Below, one piece after another: positions 50,340-61,119 of a stretch of DNA of 64,000 nucleotides. Source of the stretch: an uncultured Clostridia bacterium (GTDB lineage Bacteria > Acidobacteriota > Blastocatellia > UBA7656 > JADIYM01); the NCBI GenBank assembly GCA_964591515.1, contig CAZQBW010000001.1:36316-100315 (forward strand). The letters are read 5' to 3'. The notes under the pieces were generated by a model, which was given only the letters and a program-made list of their open reading frames with translations, did no database searches and was not told the DNA's origin. Every line of letters starts with the position of its first letter. Position 1 is the first letter of the stretch. The translations under genes and the position numbers were made by a program.

Positions 50340-51557
50340 CTAGATCTTCGGGCCGACGCCGCTCAGGTTTCCCCGCTTGCTCCAGGGACCGGTCAGACTT
50401 TTTGCAGCCCACACGGCGCCGACTCCGTCGAGGACGAGAACTTCCCCCGGATTAGTCCACACTGGCCTCGAAAGCGGAGCGGGCGCCTGCAGTGCAATCT
50501 TCCAATCAGGTCGACCGGACTGGTTGACCGAAAGGTTTCCCCGGGCGCCCGCGTGTCCGACAACCCACGTGAGTCCACCGTCCGCCGGGCCGATTGCGTC
50601 AAGATCCTGTCCAGCCAGGACCGGGCGTGGCAGCCAAGTCTGTCCACCGTCACGCGATTCGATGACAAGTCCGCCATCCGCGGCTATCCACGCTTGCGTT
50701 GCCGATGCAAAGGCAATGTCATTTAGACTTGCGCCCGAGAGCGTTGCTCCACGCGCGTGGTCCTCACCATTTGCCCCGCCGAGAATCACGGTCGAGCCGA
50801 CGATTGCGGCAAAAATCCGATCCGAGCGCCAAGCCGCGATTGCGGCACCGGCTATCCGAGTGCCAAGTTTCCAACCGGTAGAGTCGCCCACGAGAAGCGC
50901 CGATGACGGCAGCGGCTCGTTCCATCCCCGAATCACCGCCCACGCCCCGGCTGCGCTCACGCCTGCGACTTCCACCGCGCGCGGACCCGAGATGTCGGAC
51001 ATCGGCGCGAGGTCCGCCGTCGTTGTCCAGGTCCGTGCGGAATCCCGTGACTCGGCCACGATCCCGGACCGCAACACGCAGGTCCACGTACCGCCCGGTC
51101 CTACTCCGACTGCTACTGCCTCGTCTCCGTTACTCCCTACCGGGCCCTGCTGAAGCCAGGTGGCTCCACCGTCCCCGCTCGTCATAGCGCGCCCACGAAC
51201 GACCGCCACCAGGAGCTGGCCCGATACGCCGACGATCGGACGCGGTGCCCAGGCCCGCCGGCGGGCTGGCCCACTCTGAGCGACGATATCCGCATACGAC
51301 CGTCCCGTGACCGGAGCGACTCGCGGCGCGTCGGGAGCCTTCGGTCCTCCTTGCTTCTGGCCTCCCTTGTTGTTGGCCTTTTTGGCCTTCGGCTTCTGCA
51401 CGGTCTCGGGACCTTCGGCCCCGGCTGGAGCCGCGAACAGAACGGCCAGCGCCGCGACCATGAACAAGCTCAACGCGAGGTGGAAGGGACGATTTCTCCG
51501 AGAGCAGTTCTGCCGATGCTCGCGGGTTGCCACTTGACTGGATTCCAGGGGTTTCAT
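50340..51557 (-). CDS. BNR/Asp-box repeat beta-propeller protein (Ycf48-like), membrane-anchored
   Basis: Asp-box motifs SGDGGATW, SRDSARTW, SRDGGQTW. N-terminal TM segment. Confidence 0.6.
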   Translation of the reverse strand: MKPLESSQVATREHRQNCSRRNRPFHLALSLFMVAALAVLFAAPAGAEGPETVQKPKAKKANNKGGQKQGGPKAPDAPRVAPVTGRSYADIVAQSGPARRRAWAPRPIVGVSGQLLVAVVRGRAMTSGDGGATWLQQGPVGSNGDEAVAVGVGPGGTWTCVLRSGIVAESRDSARTWTTTADLAPMSDISGPRAVEVAGVSAAGAWAVIRGWNEPLPSSALLVGDSTGWKLGTRIAGAAIAAWRSDRIFAAIVGSTVILGGANGEDHARGATLSGASLNDIAFASATQAWIAADGGLVIESRDGGQTWLPRPVLAGQDLDAIGPADGGLTWVVGHAGARGNLSVNQSGRPDWKIALQAPAPLSRPVWTNPGEVLVLDGVGAVWAAKSLTGPWSKRGNLSGVGPKI

Positions 51558-51735
51558 GGTGTTCGGACTACGCCGGCGGACCTCGCATTGGCCAACTGTG
51601 GCCGCAGCTGAATATCGGCAAAGCTGAGGCTCGACTTCAGCAGGCAGCCGAAAAGCTCTGGAATGACCATCTTCCGGTGATTAGTCAATGCTGCGTCGGA
51701 GGCAACGATAGTAAAACCACTGTGGCGATTGGCAT

Positions 51736-52596
51736 TTACTGTTTCGTGTCCTTCTTGCTGGTTGAGATCCGGGATTCGACCTCCGTAAGGGCGGTCCGTA
51801 GCGCTTCAGCAAGGTCGTGATCGGAAACTTGCGATCGCTTGAAGCGGAGCTGGACCGAAAACTCCTTCGACACCGGCTGGAACCGGAACTCGTAGGGCCG
51901 CGGACGTGAAGACACCTCGGGCTTGCGAGCCGCCCTCGCCTCATCCCGTGTCATTCCCTGGTTTCGAATTCGCTCGACGAATGCACGCTGCTGGTCGGCA
52001 TCCTTCAACCGGACGACCTGAAGCAGCAGTGATTTCGAGGAAATGTCGGCGCGCCGACAAAGATCCTTGACCTCGGCCGGAAGCGTCGCAATCGACAAGG
52101 CCTCGGTGATTGTCGAACGCGATTTCCCTATCCGCTGGGCGATCAACTCGTGAGTGTAGCCATACCTCGTCGCGAGAGCCTCGAGCCCCTCGGCTTCCTC
52201 GAAAGGCGTGAGGTCCTTGCGCTGCAGGTTCTCGATGAGCGCAATTTCGGCAACAGTTCGGTCGTCGACGTGCATTTCGATACACGGCAGCTCTACGAGG
52301 CCGGCCGCCATGCTCGCCCGATATCGACGCTCGCCCGAGATGATCATGAATCGGCCACCGATTTCTGCCGGGCGGACGAGCAGCGGCTCGAGCACGCCGA
52401 CTGATTTGATCGAGGCGACCAGATCCGTGAGATCGCCGATCTCGACGCGTGGCTGGCCAGGATTCGGCTCGAGTCGGTCAATCGGGATGAGCCGGCCGAT
52501 CGGGGCGCCAACCGATCGCGTTGCGAGTTGCTCGACGTAGTGCTGGTCATGGCGGAGCTTGAAATCCGTCGGAAGACCTCGCTTAGACACGTGCAA
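51736..52596 (-). CDS. parB: Chromosome partitioning protein ParB
   Basis: GERRYRA box. [22 protein letters not shown]. Confidence 0.85.
   Translation of the reverse strand: MHVSKRGLPTDFKLRHDQHYVEQLATRSVGAPIGRLIPIDRLEPNPGQPRVEIGDLTDLVASIKSVGVLEPLLVRPAEIGGRFMIISGERRYRASMAAGLVELPCIEMHVDDRTVAEIALIENLQRKDLTPFEEAEGLEALATRYGYTHELIAQRIGKSRSTITEALSIATLPAEVKDLCRRADISSKSLLLQVVRLKDADQQRAFVERIRNQGMTRDEARAARKPEVSSRPRPYEFRFQPVSKEFSVQLRFKRSQVSDHDLAEALRTALTEVESRISTSKKDTKQ
52044..52059. repeat. TGTCGGCGCGCCGACA perfect 16-bp palindrome located inside parB
   Basis: Read in sequence. Confidence 0.75.
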
Positions 52597-53344
52597 TTAC
52601 CTCCTGGCAGAGCCTGGCATACTCGGTCGCTCCCGTGGACGTGGGCGCGAACGTGAAGATGGGTTCCTTGTAAGCCGGACTCTCCTCGAGTCGGACCGAC
52701 TTCGAGATCACGGTGTCGAACACCTTGTCGCCAAAGACTCCGCATATCTGGCGGTAGATGTCGCGGGCGAGGGTCGTACGCTTGTCGTGAAGCGTTATGA
52801 CGACGCCGAGCACCTGCAGATTGGGGTTTGGCCGCTGCTTGACCTTCTCGACGGTCTCGAGCAGGTCCTCTGTTCCCTCGAGCGCGAAATAGCTGGATTG
52901 GATAGGAATGATCAGATGAGATGACGCAACCAGTGCATTGACGGTGATCAGTCCAAGTGTCGGCGGCGTATCGACGATGACGAAATCATAGGTGTGTCGA
53001 ATCGGGTCGATCCGGTCCTTGAGGCGAAACGGAGCGTCGAACTCACCAATGAGCTTGGCCTCGACCTTGGCGAGCGAGATCCGCGAAGGAAGCACGAAAA
53101 GCCCGTCGACCGCCGTCGACAGCAAGCATTCACTGACCGTAACCGATTGATCCGTAAGGAGATCATAGACCGATAGCCCGATCTGGCTGGCTTCGATGAA
53201 GGAAATGGACGAATTCGCCTGCGGATCGAGGTCGACGAGCAGGACACGCTTTCCGAGCAGTGCAAGCCCGGCAGCGACATTTATAGCTGTCGTTGTCTTG
53301 CCGACGCCGCCCTTCTGATTTGCTACCGCTATGACAGGAGTCAC
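52583..53344 (-). CDS. parA: Chromosome partitioning ATPase ParA/Soj
   Basis: [18 protein letters not shown] deviant Walker A. Confidence 0.9.
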   Translation of the reverse strand: MTPVIAVANQKGGVGKTTTAINVAAGLALLGKRVLLVDLDPQANSSISFIEASQIGLSVYDLLTDQSVTVSECLLSTAVDGLFVLPSRISLAKVEAKLIGEFDAPFRLKDRIDPIRHTYDFVIVDTPPTLGLITVNALVASSHLIIPIQSSYFALEGTEDLLETVEKVKQRPNPNLQVLGVVITLHDKRTTLARDIYRQICGVFGDKVFDTVISKSVRLEESPAYKEPIFTFAPTSTGATEYARLCQEVIARV

Positions 53345-53362
53345 GAGAATCGGACCTCCACG

Positions 53363-53914
53363 CTACATCTTGTAATCGCTGCTGACGTCGTCGTCGAAGT
53401 CATCCGGCCATTCGGACTCCTCGTCCTCACTGAACGGATCGTCATCGGCGGCGTCGTCATCGTCCTCTTCATCGACGTCATCTTCCTCATCGTCGGCAAT
53501 ATCGCTGGTGGCGATCGTGTTGCGCGACGAGTTGATGACTTCCTCGTTCACGAAAATGGGGCAATCGACGCGCAGCGCGAGCGCGATCGCATCCGATGGG
53601 CGCGCATCCAGCACCAGGCGCTTGCCGTCAAGCGTCATCTCGATCACTGCGAAGAAGGTGTTCTCGATGAGATCCGTAACGACAATCCGGTCTACAGTGG
53701 CACCGATCTGAGCAATCAGGTTCCGGAGCAGGTCGTGAGTCATCGGTCGTTGCGGTGCGCTCTTTTCGATCTCGAGAGCTATCGCATTCGCCTCATATGG
53801 CCCCACCCAGATTGGGAGCATCCGGTCGCTGATGACGTCCTTGAGGATCACTATCGGGGTGTTCGCCGTCGGATCCATCATCAACCCCCGGATCTTCATT
53901 TCTACTTCGACCAT
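53363..53914 (-). CDS. Bifunctional nuclease (DUF151) family protein with acidic C-terminal tail
   Basis: IVILKD...LPIWVGPYEANAIA...THDLL pattern. Poly-D/E tail. Confidence 0.65.
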   Translation of the reverse strand: MVEVEMKIRGLMMDPTANTPIVILKDVISDRMLPIWVGPYEANAIALEIEKSAPQRPMTHDLLRNLIAQIGATVDRIVVTDLIENTFFAVIEMTLDGKRLVLDARPSDAIALALRVDCPIFVNEEVINSSRNTIATSDIADDEEDDVDEEDDDDAADDDPFSEDEESEWPDDFDDDVSSDYKM

Positions 53915-53931
53915 GGCCACGTCCTTGCTGC

Positions 53932-55326
53932 TCAATTGGTTACGGCAGGACAACTAATGTCCCGCACGAGCTCCCCATAGAGACTGTGCGCCTTCACACC
54001 CGTGATTCTTACCGGAACCACCGATCCAGGCCCAATTTCGGTCCCGGATCTGAAGTTCACAACTGCATTGCAGGTGGAATGCCCGGTCAGATCGATTGGA
54101 TTGCGAGCAGACGGGCCATCAACCAATACTTGATGTATTGAGCCTAAATACCTGCCAGCTCGGCGATTTTGGACTTCGGCCTGAAGTAAGAGCAAGCGAT
54201 CGAATCGCTCACGCTTTACATCAGGCGATACGTCATCGATCCACTCGGCGGCCGGCGTATGAGGTCTCGGCGAGTAGTTAAAGGTGTAAAGTGCGTCGAA
54301 TTCGACCTGACGGACCAGATCGAGGGTCTCTTCGAAGTCATCGTCCGTCTCTCCCGGAAATCCGACGATGATGTCGGACGTCAATGTGTAGTCACGCCGG
54401 GCCGCCCTTATCGTGCCGATGAGCTCGAGGTACCGTTCGCGTGTGTAGCCTCGGTACATTCGCTTCAGTGTGCGATTCGAACCGGATTGCACCGGAAGGT
54501 GAATCCAGTCGCACAATTCGGGATTGTCGTCCATTACGCGAACGATGTCTTCGCTGAAGTCGCGTGGGTGTGAAGTGGTGTACTTGATACGGTCGACGCC
54601 AGACTCCCGCGCGACACGCTCGAGCAATGCCGGAAAGGCATTCTCCTCGAATCGCCTACCGGACGAACGCTCGACCCACGCGGAATACGAGTTTACGTTC
54701 TGGCCGAGCAGATGCACTTCCCGGTACCCGGCTTCGCCAAGCTTTCGAACTTCCTCGACGACCGAATCCATCGTCCGGCTTCGCTCGCGCCCTCGCGTGT
54801 AAGGCACGATGCAGTAAGAGCAGTTCTTGTTGCAGCCCTCGATGATGGTAACGAATGCCACGGAACCTGCGCGCCGAGCGCCAGAATCAACGTCGATGAA
54901 ATCGGGACGGTTGTCCTGGCGAAGGTCAATGGCGCGCTCGAATCCGCGATCGAGCTGTCCGACGAGGTCGACCAGTCCGTCCAGCGCCTGTGGGCCGACG
55001 ACGAGCCTCACGGTCGGCGACCGCTCGAAGATCTTCTCGGCTTCGGACTGTGCGACGCAGCCGAGAACCCCTACGATCGGATCGCGCCCCTTCGTCAGGT
55101 GTCGCAACGCCCGAACTCGATGGAAGACCTTCTCCGAGGCTTTCTCGCGGACGCTGCAAGTATTCAAGAGGATCAGGTCGGCTGCTGACGGATCGTCCGT
55201 TTCCGAAAAACCAATCGGACCAAGCAGAGACAGAGCCTTCTCGGAGTCGTGAACGTTCATCTGACAACCGTGTGTCTCAATGAATACGCGTCGCGTAGCT
55301 GCAGGGTCGTGCGACTCTCGCGACAT
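53932..55326 (-). CDS. miaB: tRNA methylthiotransferase MiaB (radical SAM plus TRAM)
   Basis: FIETHGCQMNVHDSE, CNKNCSYCIVP radical-SAM cysteines, C-terminal TRAM. ORF extends in frame to 55455; start chosen at internal ATG. Confidence 0.75.
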   Translation of the reverse strand: MSRESHDPAATRRVFIETHGCQMNVHDSEKALSLLGPIGFSETDDPSAADLILLNTCSVREKASEKVFHRVRALRHLTKGRDPIVGVLGCVAQSEAEKIFERSPTVRLVVGPQALDGLVDLVGQLDRGFERAIDLRQDNRPDFIDVDSGARRAGSVAFVTIIEGCNKNCSYCIVPYTRGRERSRTMDSVVEEVRKLGEAGYREVHLLGQNVNSYSAWVERSSGRRFEENAFPALLERVARESGVDRIKYTTSHPRDFSEDIVRVMDDNPELCDWIHLPVQSGSNRTLKRMYRGYTRERYLELIGTIRAARRDYTLTSDIIVGFPGETDDDFEETLDLVRQVEFDALYTFNYSPRPHTPAAEWIDDVSPDVKRERFDRLLLLQAEVQNRRAGRYLGSIHQVLVDGPSARNPIDLTGHSTCNAVVNFRSGTEIGPGSVVPVRITGVKAHSLYGELVRDISCPAVTN

Positions 55327-55550
55327 TCGGGCGATCGGCGCGGCATCGATCGCAACTGGCGAATCGACGGCCGAATCCGACAAGACTGGAAGTTTGAGGA
55401 CGGGCACGATTATCGGCGATCGGAGGACGTACCTACGAGATGGAGTATGTTCCACGTGACACGGTCACAAGCTGTGGTAGTCGCGTCGAAACGGAGAGGA
55501 GTCTATCACGTGCCAGCGAGCCATGCCAGCAACGTCGTTTCGAGCCATAG

Positions 55551-55566
55551 TGTCGGCGCGCCGACA
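55551..55566. repeat. TGTCGGCGCGCCGACA perfect 16-bp palindrome upstream of miaB
   Basis: Read in sequence. Confidence 0.75.
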
Positions 55567-55929
55567 TAGTGCGCAAGTTACTGACTCAGGACATTTTGCG
55601 GCTTCTCAAACGGCTATAGACCCTGAATGTCTACTAGCAACCGGACCACCGGTATCACGTAAGCGGCCTTAGGCAGTCGTTCCACTGTCAAACGCGCCAC
55701 GGAACCCTACCGTGGAACATTTCGAGCCGGAATATCTACCCTTTCAAAAGCAAGAACTCTGGCCCAGAAGCGGCCCTAAGGGACTTCGAGCCATCGTGAC
55801 CGTCCCCGATCCAGGCTTCCCGAATTGAGAAGCCACGCGTCGGCCTTGTTACAGGGTCAGAACAGTTCGCTGGAACCTCTCGCGCGCTCATTAACTCGAT
55901 CTGACGGGCCAGTTAGGTCTGCGTCGAGC

Positions 55930-57606
55930 TCAGTGCGGGCTTTTCCGGAGTAGTTCCCTGGCGTGGCGTCGAGCCGTCTCGAGAGTTCCGCCGATCATCC
56001 GGGCGATTTCGTCAACCTGGCCCTTTCCGTCCAGCAACTCGATCCTGGTTACGGCGCGGTCGTCAACTGTGTCTTTCCGGGCCGAATAGTGTACGTCCGC
56101 GAATCTCGCAATCTGGGCCTGGTGAGTGACACAAAGCACCTGATTGGCTCGACTCAACCTTGCCAGCCGATGCCCGATCGACTCGGCGACGCGGCCCCCG
56201 ATTCCGACGTCGATCTCATCGAAAATCAGCGTTCGCGGGATCTGCGGCGGCGCAGACACCGTCTTCAGTGCCAGCATCAACCGTGACGTCTCGCCACCCG
56301 ACGCGATCCGGGCGAGCGGTCTCAGCTCATCTCCAGGGTTCGTGGCAACGAGAAACTCGACCTGATCGATTCCGTTCGACTTGAATCCCGCCTGATCGCT
56401 CTCCGCAGAAGACCTGATTTCTACCGAGAAACGAGTCTCCTCCATTGCCAGCTCTCGTAGTTCGGAAAGTACGGATTCCTCAAGTCGCGCAGCAGCGCCT
56501 TTTCGCCGTTTCGATAGCTTATGTGCTACTTCAATAAATCGATCGCAAGCTGCTCTCATTTCTGCAGTGAGAGCATCTCGCCTCTCGGCTGAATCGAAGA
56601 TCCGCGAGCTCTCGGCCGATAGCTCTTCGAGGGTCTCGCGCACTGCCGCGAGCGAGCCGCCGTACTTTCGTTTCAACCGGTCGAGCTCCTGTAGCCTGTC
56701 TTCAACGGCGCTCAGTCGATCTGCTGAAAAATCAATCTCTTGCAGGTAATCCCTGAGGTATTGCGCGAGGTCATCAAGCGTATACTTTACCGTTCTGAGC
56801 TGGTCGACATACGGAACAAGCCGTTCGTCGAATCGGGACAATGACTCGAGCTTGCGATCCACGTGAGCCAGAGTGGCAAGCACCGAACCTTCGGCGTCAT
56901 AAAGGCCGACATATGCTTCGTTTGCGGCGTCAATGATGCGCTCGGCGTTCACCAGCATCTGCCGCTCGCGCTCCAGCTCATCATCTTCGCCAATCTTCAC
57001 GGCAGCTCGTTCGATTTCCGCAAGCTGAAAGGCCAGCACGTCGGCGCGCTGCAGCCTTTCCGCCTCGGACTGATTCAGACTATCGGCTTCGGCCCGGGCC
57101 GCACTCCATTCAGCGTGCCGCCGGGCGACTTCCTCGCGAAGGCCCGATACATCCGCAAACTCGTCGAGGAGCTCGACGTGCGCCCCGGGATCCAGAAGCG
57201 TCTGCTGGTCGCCCTGTCCGTGAATGTCGACGAGAAACGGTCGAAGGTCTCGCAGGAGTGAAGTCGTCACCACAACGTCGTTGGCGAAGGCCCGGCCACG
57301 TCCCTTCTCACTTATCTCTCGACGGAGAATCAGTTCGCCTTCACCTGCCTCTATCCCTGCGTCGGAAAGCAGCGCCAGGGCGGCCAGATTGCCGGAGACG
57401 TCGAAGACACCTTGAACCGTTGCCGATTGCGAACCTGTTCGAATTACGTCCGACGAGGCCCGAGCGCCAAGCAGCAGGGCTATGGCCTCGACGAAGATCG
57501 ACTTGCCCGATCCGGTCTCACCGGTGAGCAGATTCAGGCCGGGGCCAAGCTCGATCGAGGCCTCGGTGACGACTGCAAAGTTCCTGATCCGAACCAGTTT
57601 CAGCAT
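55930..57606 (-). CDS. recN: DNA repair protein RecN
   Basis: MLKLVRIRNFAVV...GETGSGKSI Walker A. Coiled-coil middle. C-terminal signature region. Confidence 0.9.
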   Translation of the reverse strand: MLKLVRIRNFAVVTEASIELGPGLNLLTGETGSGKSIFVEAIALLLGARASSDVIRTGSQSATVQGVFDVSGNLAALALLSDAGIEAGEGELILRREISEKGRGRAFANDVVVTTSLLRDLRPFLVDIHGQGDQQTLLDPGAHVELLDEFADVSGLREEVARRHAEWSAARAEADSLNQSEAERLQRADVLAFQLAEIERAAVKIGEDDELERERQMLVNAERIIDAANEAYVGLYDAEGSVLATLAHVDRKLESLSRFDERLVPYVDQLRTVKYTLDDLAQYLRDYLQEIDFSADRLSAVEDRLQELDRLKRKYGGSLAAVRETLEELSAESSRIFDSAERRDALTAEMRAACDRFIEVAHKLSKRRKGAAARLEESVLSELRELAMEETRFSVEIRSSAESDQAGFKSNGIDQVEFLVATNPGDELRPLARIASGGETSRLMLALKTVSAPPQIPRTLIFDEIDVGIGGRVAESIGHRLARLSRANQVLCVTHQAQIARFADVHYSARKDTVDDRAVTRIELLDGKGQVDEIARMIGGTLETARRHARELLRKSPH

Positions 57607-57712
57607 ACGTGCAGGGAGGGCGCAGTCTACCACAGGCGTCCGTTGGACAGCCTCTGCGATGGTCTGCTAGATTGCCTTTCGAGAGGCGCCACGAAACACT
57701 GCGGAGGAAGAT

Positions 57713-58162
57713 ATGGCTTCGTTTAACAAGATTACTATCGTCGGCTATCTCGGGCGGGATCCCGAGTTGCGATACACGCCGTCCGGAACGGCCGTCTGCG
57801 ATTTTTCGATGGCGACTACCGAGCGAAAAGGACGTCGCGACAGCGGCGAGGGCGAAGACGTCACGACCTGGTTTCGCGTTTCGCTCTGGGCAAAGCAGGC
57901 CGAGCTCGCACACCAGTACCTCGCCAAGGGACGTCTGGTTTACGTCGAGGGTCGACTGACCCTTCGCGAGTACACCGATCGTGAAGGCAACAAACGAACT
58001 AGCCTGGATGTCTTCGGCACCGACATGCAGTTCATCGGTTCGCGCGCTGACGAAATGGCGGCCGGGGCCGGTGGCGGCGGCGGCCGTGCCGCTTCACAGT
58101 CCGGGCCGCGTGAGGCCGCGCCGGCCAGCGAAGCAATCGGGGATGATGATATCCCCTTCTAG
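57713..58162 (+). CDS. ssb: Single-stranded DNA-binding protein
   Basis: OB-fold N-terminus (NKITIVGYLGRDPELRYTPSG). Gly-rich linker. Acidic tail DDDIPF. Confidence 0.9.
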   Translation: MASFNKITIVGYLGRDPELRYTPSGTAVCDFSMATTERKGRRDSGEGEDVTTWFRVSLWAKQAELAHQYLAKGRLVYVEGRLTLREYTDREGNKRTSLDVFGTDMQFIGSRADEMAAGAGGGGGRAASQSGPREAAPASEAIGDDDIPF

Positions 58163-58264
58163 GCAAGAACGTTCCCAATGGGGGCCGGCATCGCTGGCCC
58201 CCAGTTTTGCAGGTACCTCGCGATCCTGACGCGGGGACTGCACTTCAGTTCTCAGGTCGAGCTG

Positions 58265-58282
58265 CCTCTACGTAATGTCGGC
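58265..58282. repeat. ATGTCGGCGCGCCGACAT perfect 18-bp palindrome between ssb and the SDR gene
   Basis: Read in sequence. Confidence 0.75.
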
Positions 58283-58383
58283 GCGCCGACATAACGACTG
58301 TTTCGATGATTTGGTAAGAAATCCGAGTCTCGATCTCTCGGGTTCTACTCTCACAGGGCCAGTTTCAGTCACCATTCGCAGCA

Positions 58384-59160
58384 ATGGACCTTCACCTAGC
58401 GGAGAAAGTGGCGATTGTAACCGGCGCGAGCCGCGGAATCGGTCGATCGATCGCTGAGACGCTCTCGGCCGAGGGTATGCCGGTCGTGTTGGTGGCACGT
58501 TCGCTGGACGACCTCGAATCTGTAGCGTCTTCGCTTACTGCGCCTAGCTTCGTGCTGGCAGTCGACCTTCGCGACGACGGAGCTCCTGAACTCGTAGTTC
58601 GCTCCACCATCGATCGGTTCGGGCGGATAGACCTGCTTGTCAACAATGCCGGCGACACGAAGCGGGGTGACTTTCTCGACCTGACTGATGACGACTGGGC
58701 CCAAGGCTTCTCGCTCAAGTTCCGAAGCGCCATGCGATGCTGCAGAGAAGCCTGGCCCTATCTCAAGGAAAGCAGAGGTTCGATCGTCAACATCGCCGGA
58801 ATCGGAGGAAGAACCGGAAGCGCCGAGTTCACCATTGGTGGTTCCGTCAACGCCGCGCTCCTCAATCTCACGAAGGCGCTTGCGGATCGTGGCGTCCGGG
58901 ACGGTGTTCGGGTCAACGCCGTCAATCCGAGCTCGATTGCCACAGACCGGCTGACCTCACGGGTTCGCCGCGTGGCGGAGGATCGCGGTATTGACGAGAG
59001 TGTGGCCGCAACGGAAATGGCCGGCAGGTTGCGCGTCTCGCGATTCGGCCGTCCGGATGAAGTGGCACACGTCGTGGCTTTTCTCGCATCAGAGGCGGCG
59101 TCGGGCTACTGCAATGGGTCAATAGTTGATGTCGACGGGGGGCAGACGAGGACTCTTTGA
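58384..59160 (+). CDS. SDR-family oxidoreductase
   Basis: TGASRGIGRSIA Rossmann motif, 258 aa. Confidence 0.8.
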   Translation: MDLHLAEKVAIVTGASRGIGRSIAETLSAEGMPVVLVARSLDDLESVASSLTAPSFVLAVDLRDDGAPELVVRSTIDRFGRIDLLVNNAGDTKRGDFLDLTDDDWAQGFSLKFRSAMRCCREAWPYLKESRGSIVNIAGIGGRTGSAEFTIGGSVNAALLNLTKALADRGVRDGVRVNAVNPSSIATDRLTSRVRRVAEDRGIDESVAATEMAGRLRVSRFGRPDEVAHVVAFLASEAASGYCNGSIVDVDGGQTRTL

Positions 59161-59334
59161 ACGATTATGCCCACGAATGCGCTGGGACGTGATGCCGTCA
59201 GTTGATTCAGCTTTTACATTATCATTACGTTCGTAAACATCACCTATCGTGACTGTTTTTGACATCAAGCGATTTATGAGCATCTGCCGGGACTGCTAGC
59301 TGACTTGGTCCACTTGCCCTCGCTGAGCGGCGAT

Positions 59335-60144
59335 TCATCGAAGGATTACCGCGCGAATGAGAGCGTTGAACAGCGAGTCTGGAAGCAGCCGGCGTAACAC
59401 GAGCAGCTGCAGTGAGTTCGCGCTGTACCTGAGCTTCCTGGATCCATCTGTCAGCGCGCGTTGCACAACTTTCGCAACGAGCTCAGGGCCAGGAGCCGTT
59501 TCTCCAGACCTCTGCATGTTCGCCATAGCGCGTTCAACGAACGCATCGTATGCCGTAAGACCTTCTTTTCGAATAACATCCATCGATCTATCGTAGAATT
59601 CAGTGCGTATGGGCCCCGGCTCGACAATCTTCATGTGAATGTTGAACTGACGAAGCTCAAACTGAAGCGACTCTGAGAATCCTTCCACAGCCCACTTTGT
59701 CGCGTGATAGACGCTGTAGAGCGGAAACGTAATTCGTCCGCCGACCGAGGCCACGTTGAGAATCGTCCCTCCACCCTTCTCACGCATATGCGGAACTACT
59801 TCGCGGACTACATTCATTAGTCCGAAGACGTTCGTCGAGAACTGTCGCTCTACCTGCTCGGAAGTCGACGCCTCGAACGGGCCGACGAGTCCGTATCCGG
59901 CGTTGTTCACGACTGCGTCAATCCGGCCGAATCTCACAATTGATTCGCCGATCACGCGCCTGATCGACTCGGTATCCGTGACATCGAGACTGGGCGCTAT
60001 GAAGCGGTCACTCGTCGGCACCCAAGTCGCTTTCTCCGGACTCCGCATCGAGGCAACGACGTTCCAGCCGGCTTCGTGAAGCCGCAGAACAGTTGCCTTT
60101 CCAATTCCGGAAGATGAACCTGTGACAATGAGCGTCTTCGTCAT
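59335..60144 (-). CDS. SDR-family oxidoreductase
   Basis: Start at MTKTLIVTGSSSGIGKA. 1-nt TGATG overlap with the upstream TetR stop. Confidence 0.75.
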   Translation of the reverse strand: MTKTLIVTGSSSGIGKATVLRLHEAGWNVVASMRSPEKATWVPTSDRFIAPSLDVTDTESIRRVIGESIVRFGRIDAVVNNAGYGLVGPFEASTSEQVERQFSTNVFGLMNVVREVVPHMREKGGGTILNVASVGGRITFPLYSVYHATKWAVEGFSESLQFELRQFNIHMKIVEPGPIRTEFYDRSMDVIRKEGLTAYDAFVERAMANMQRSGETAPGPELVAKVVQRALTDGSRKLRYSANSLQLLVLRRLLPDSLFNALIRAVILR

Positions 60145-60875
60145 CAGTTCGAAGCGCCTCCTGCCTCGTAACCGCGAAGGAGAGTTCTGAGGCCTTCCGT
60201 AAACTCCCGGTCGAAATCGAGCGCAAAGATTGAAAGCGATCGATCGTCGGCTATCACACGTTCCACCGCCGGTGACGGAGACGTCATCATCGCGAGACCG
60301 AGAAGGAATGCCCGCAACTGGAAGATGAGCCGCGCTCCATCTCCGGGTCGCAGGAAGGTGATCCTCCGCTCGAGCCGCTGGCCAGTCGCAGCCATTCGAC
60401 CGGCGAGCCATCGCTTGAACACCCGGAGCGTGTCGACGTCCACGTTGTACTCGATCACGGACTCGAGAGCAGTCAGCAGCCTGATGAGAGACCGGCGCCC
60501 TTCGAAAGACAGCGCGATCTCTCGCGCCGCCCGATCGCTGCTCCAGGAGCCGAATGACGAGTCAAGTGCAGCGTCGATCGCCGAGAACCAGGCGTCGAGC
60601 TTCTCTCTGAGGATCTCGAGGAGCAACTGCTCCTTGGTGTCGAAGTAGAGATACACGGTGGCCTTCGAGACTCCTGCGCGCTGACCGATGCCGGCCATTG
60701 TCGTCGACTCATAAGTCCCCAGGTCCCAGAGATCTCGTGCGGCCGCAAGCAGCGCTTCTCGCCTCTCGAGTTTGTGCTCGGTATTGCGGGCCCTCTGTCG
60801 GATCGATACTGCCACCGCGTACCTCACTTTACTGACCGCTGGTCGGAAAATAACCGACCACCGGTCAGTCGTCAA
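60144..60875 (-). CDS. TetR-family transcriptional regulator
   Basis: HTH TMAGIGQRAGVSKATVYLYFDTKEQLL. Confidence 0.8.
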   Translation of the reverse strand: MTTDRWSVIFRPAVSKVRYAVAVSIRQRARNTEHKLERREALLAAARDLWDLGTYESTTMAGIGQRAGVSKATVYLYFDTKEQLLLEILREKLDAWFSAIDAALDSSFGSWSSDRAAREIALSFEGRRSLIRLLTALESVIEYNVDVDTLRVFKRWLAGRMAATGQRLERRITFLRPGDGARLIFQLRAFLLGLAMMTSPSPAVERVIADDRSLSIFALDFDREFTEGLRTLLRGYEAGGASN

Positions 60876-61119
60876 TCGAAAAGTGAGAAGTCAGCACGCG
60901 TCCGTGCAGTTCTGGAAGCAGTTGAAGGCGCGCGTCGTCCGCCTCACGCATCCGTACGGGGCGCGGCAGTGCTCGGGTCGATCTCGGGAGCGTGTTGCCA
61001 CAAAAGGCGCGGGCTACCGGAGAAACTGGCGCGAGCGCTGCCGCGCCCGGTCCTGATGTTTGGACCGCCCGTCTCGCGGGATTGCCGGCAGCCTCCCCGC
61101 TGCGACTGTGTGCCTGTCG

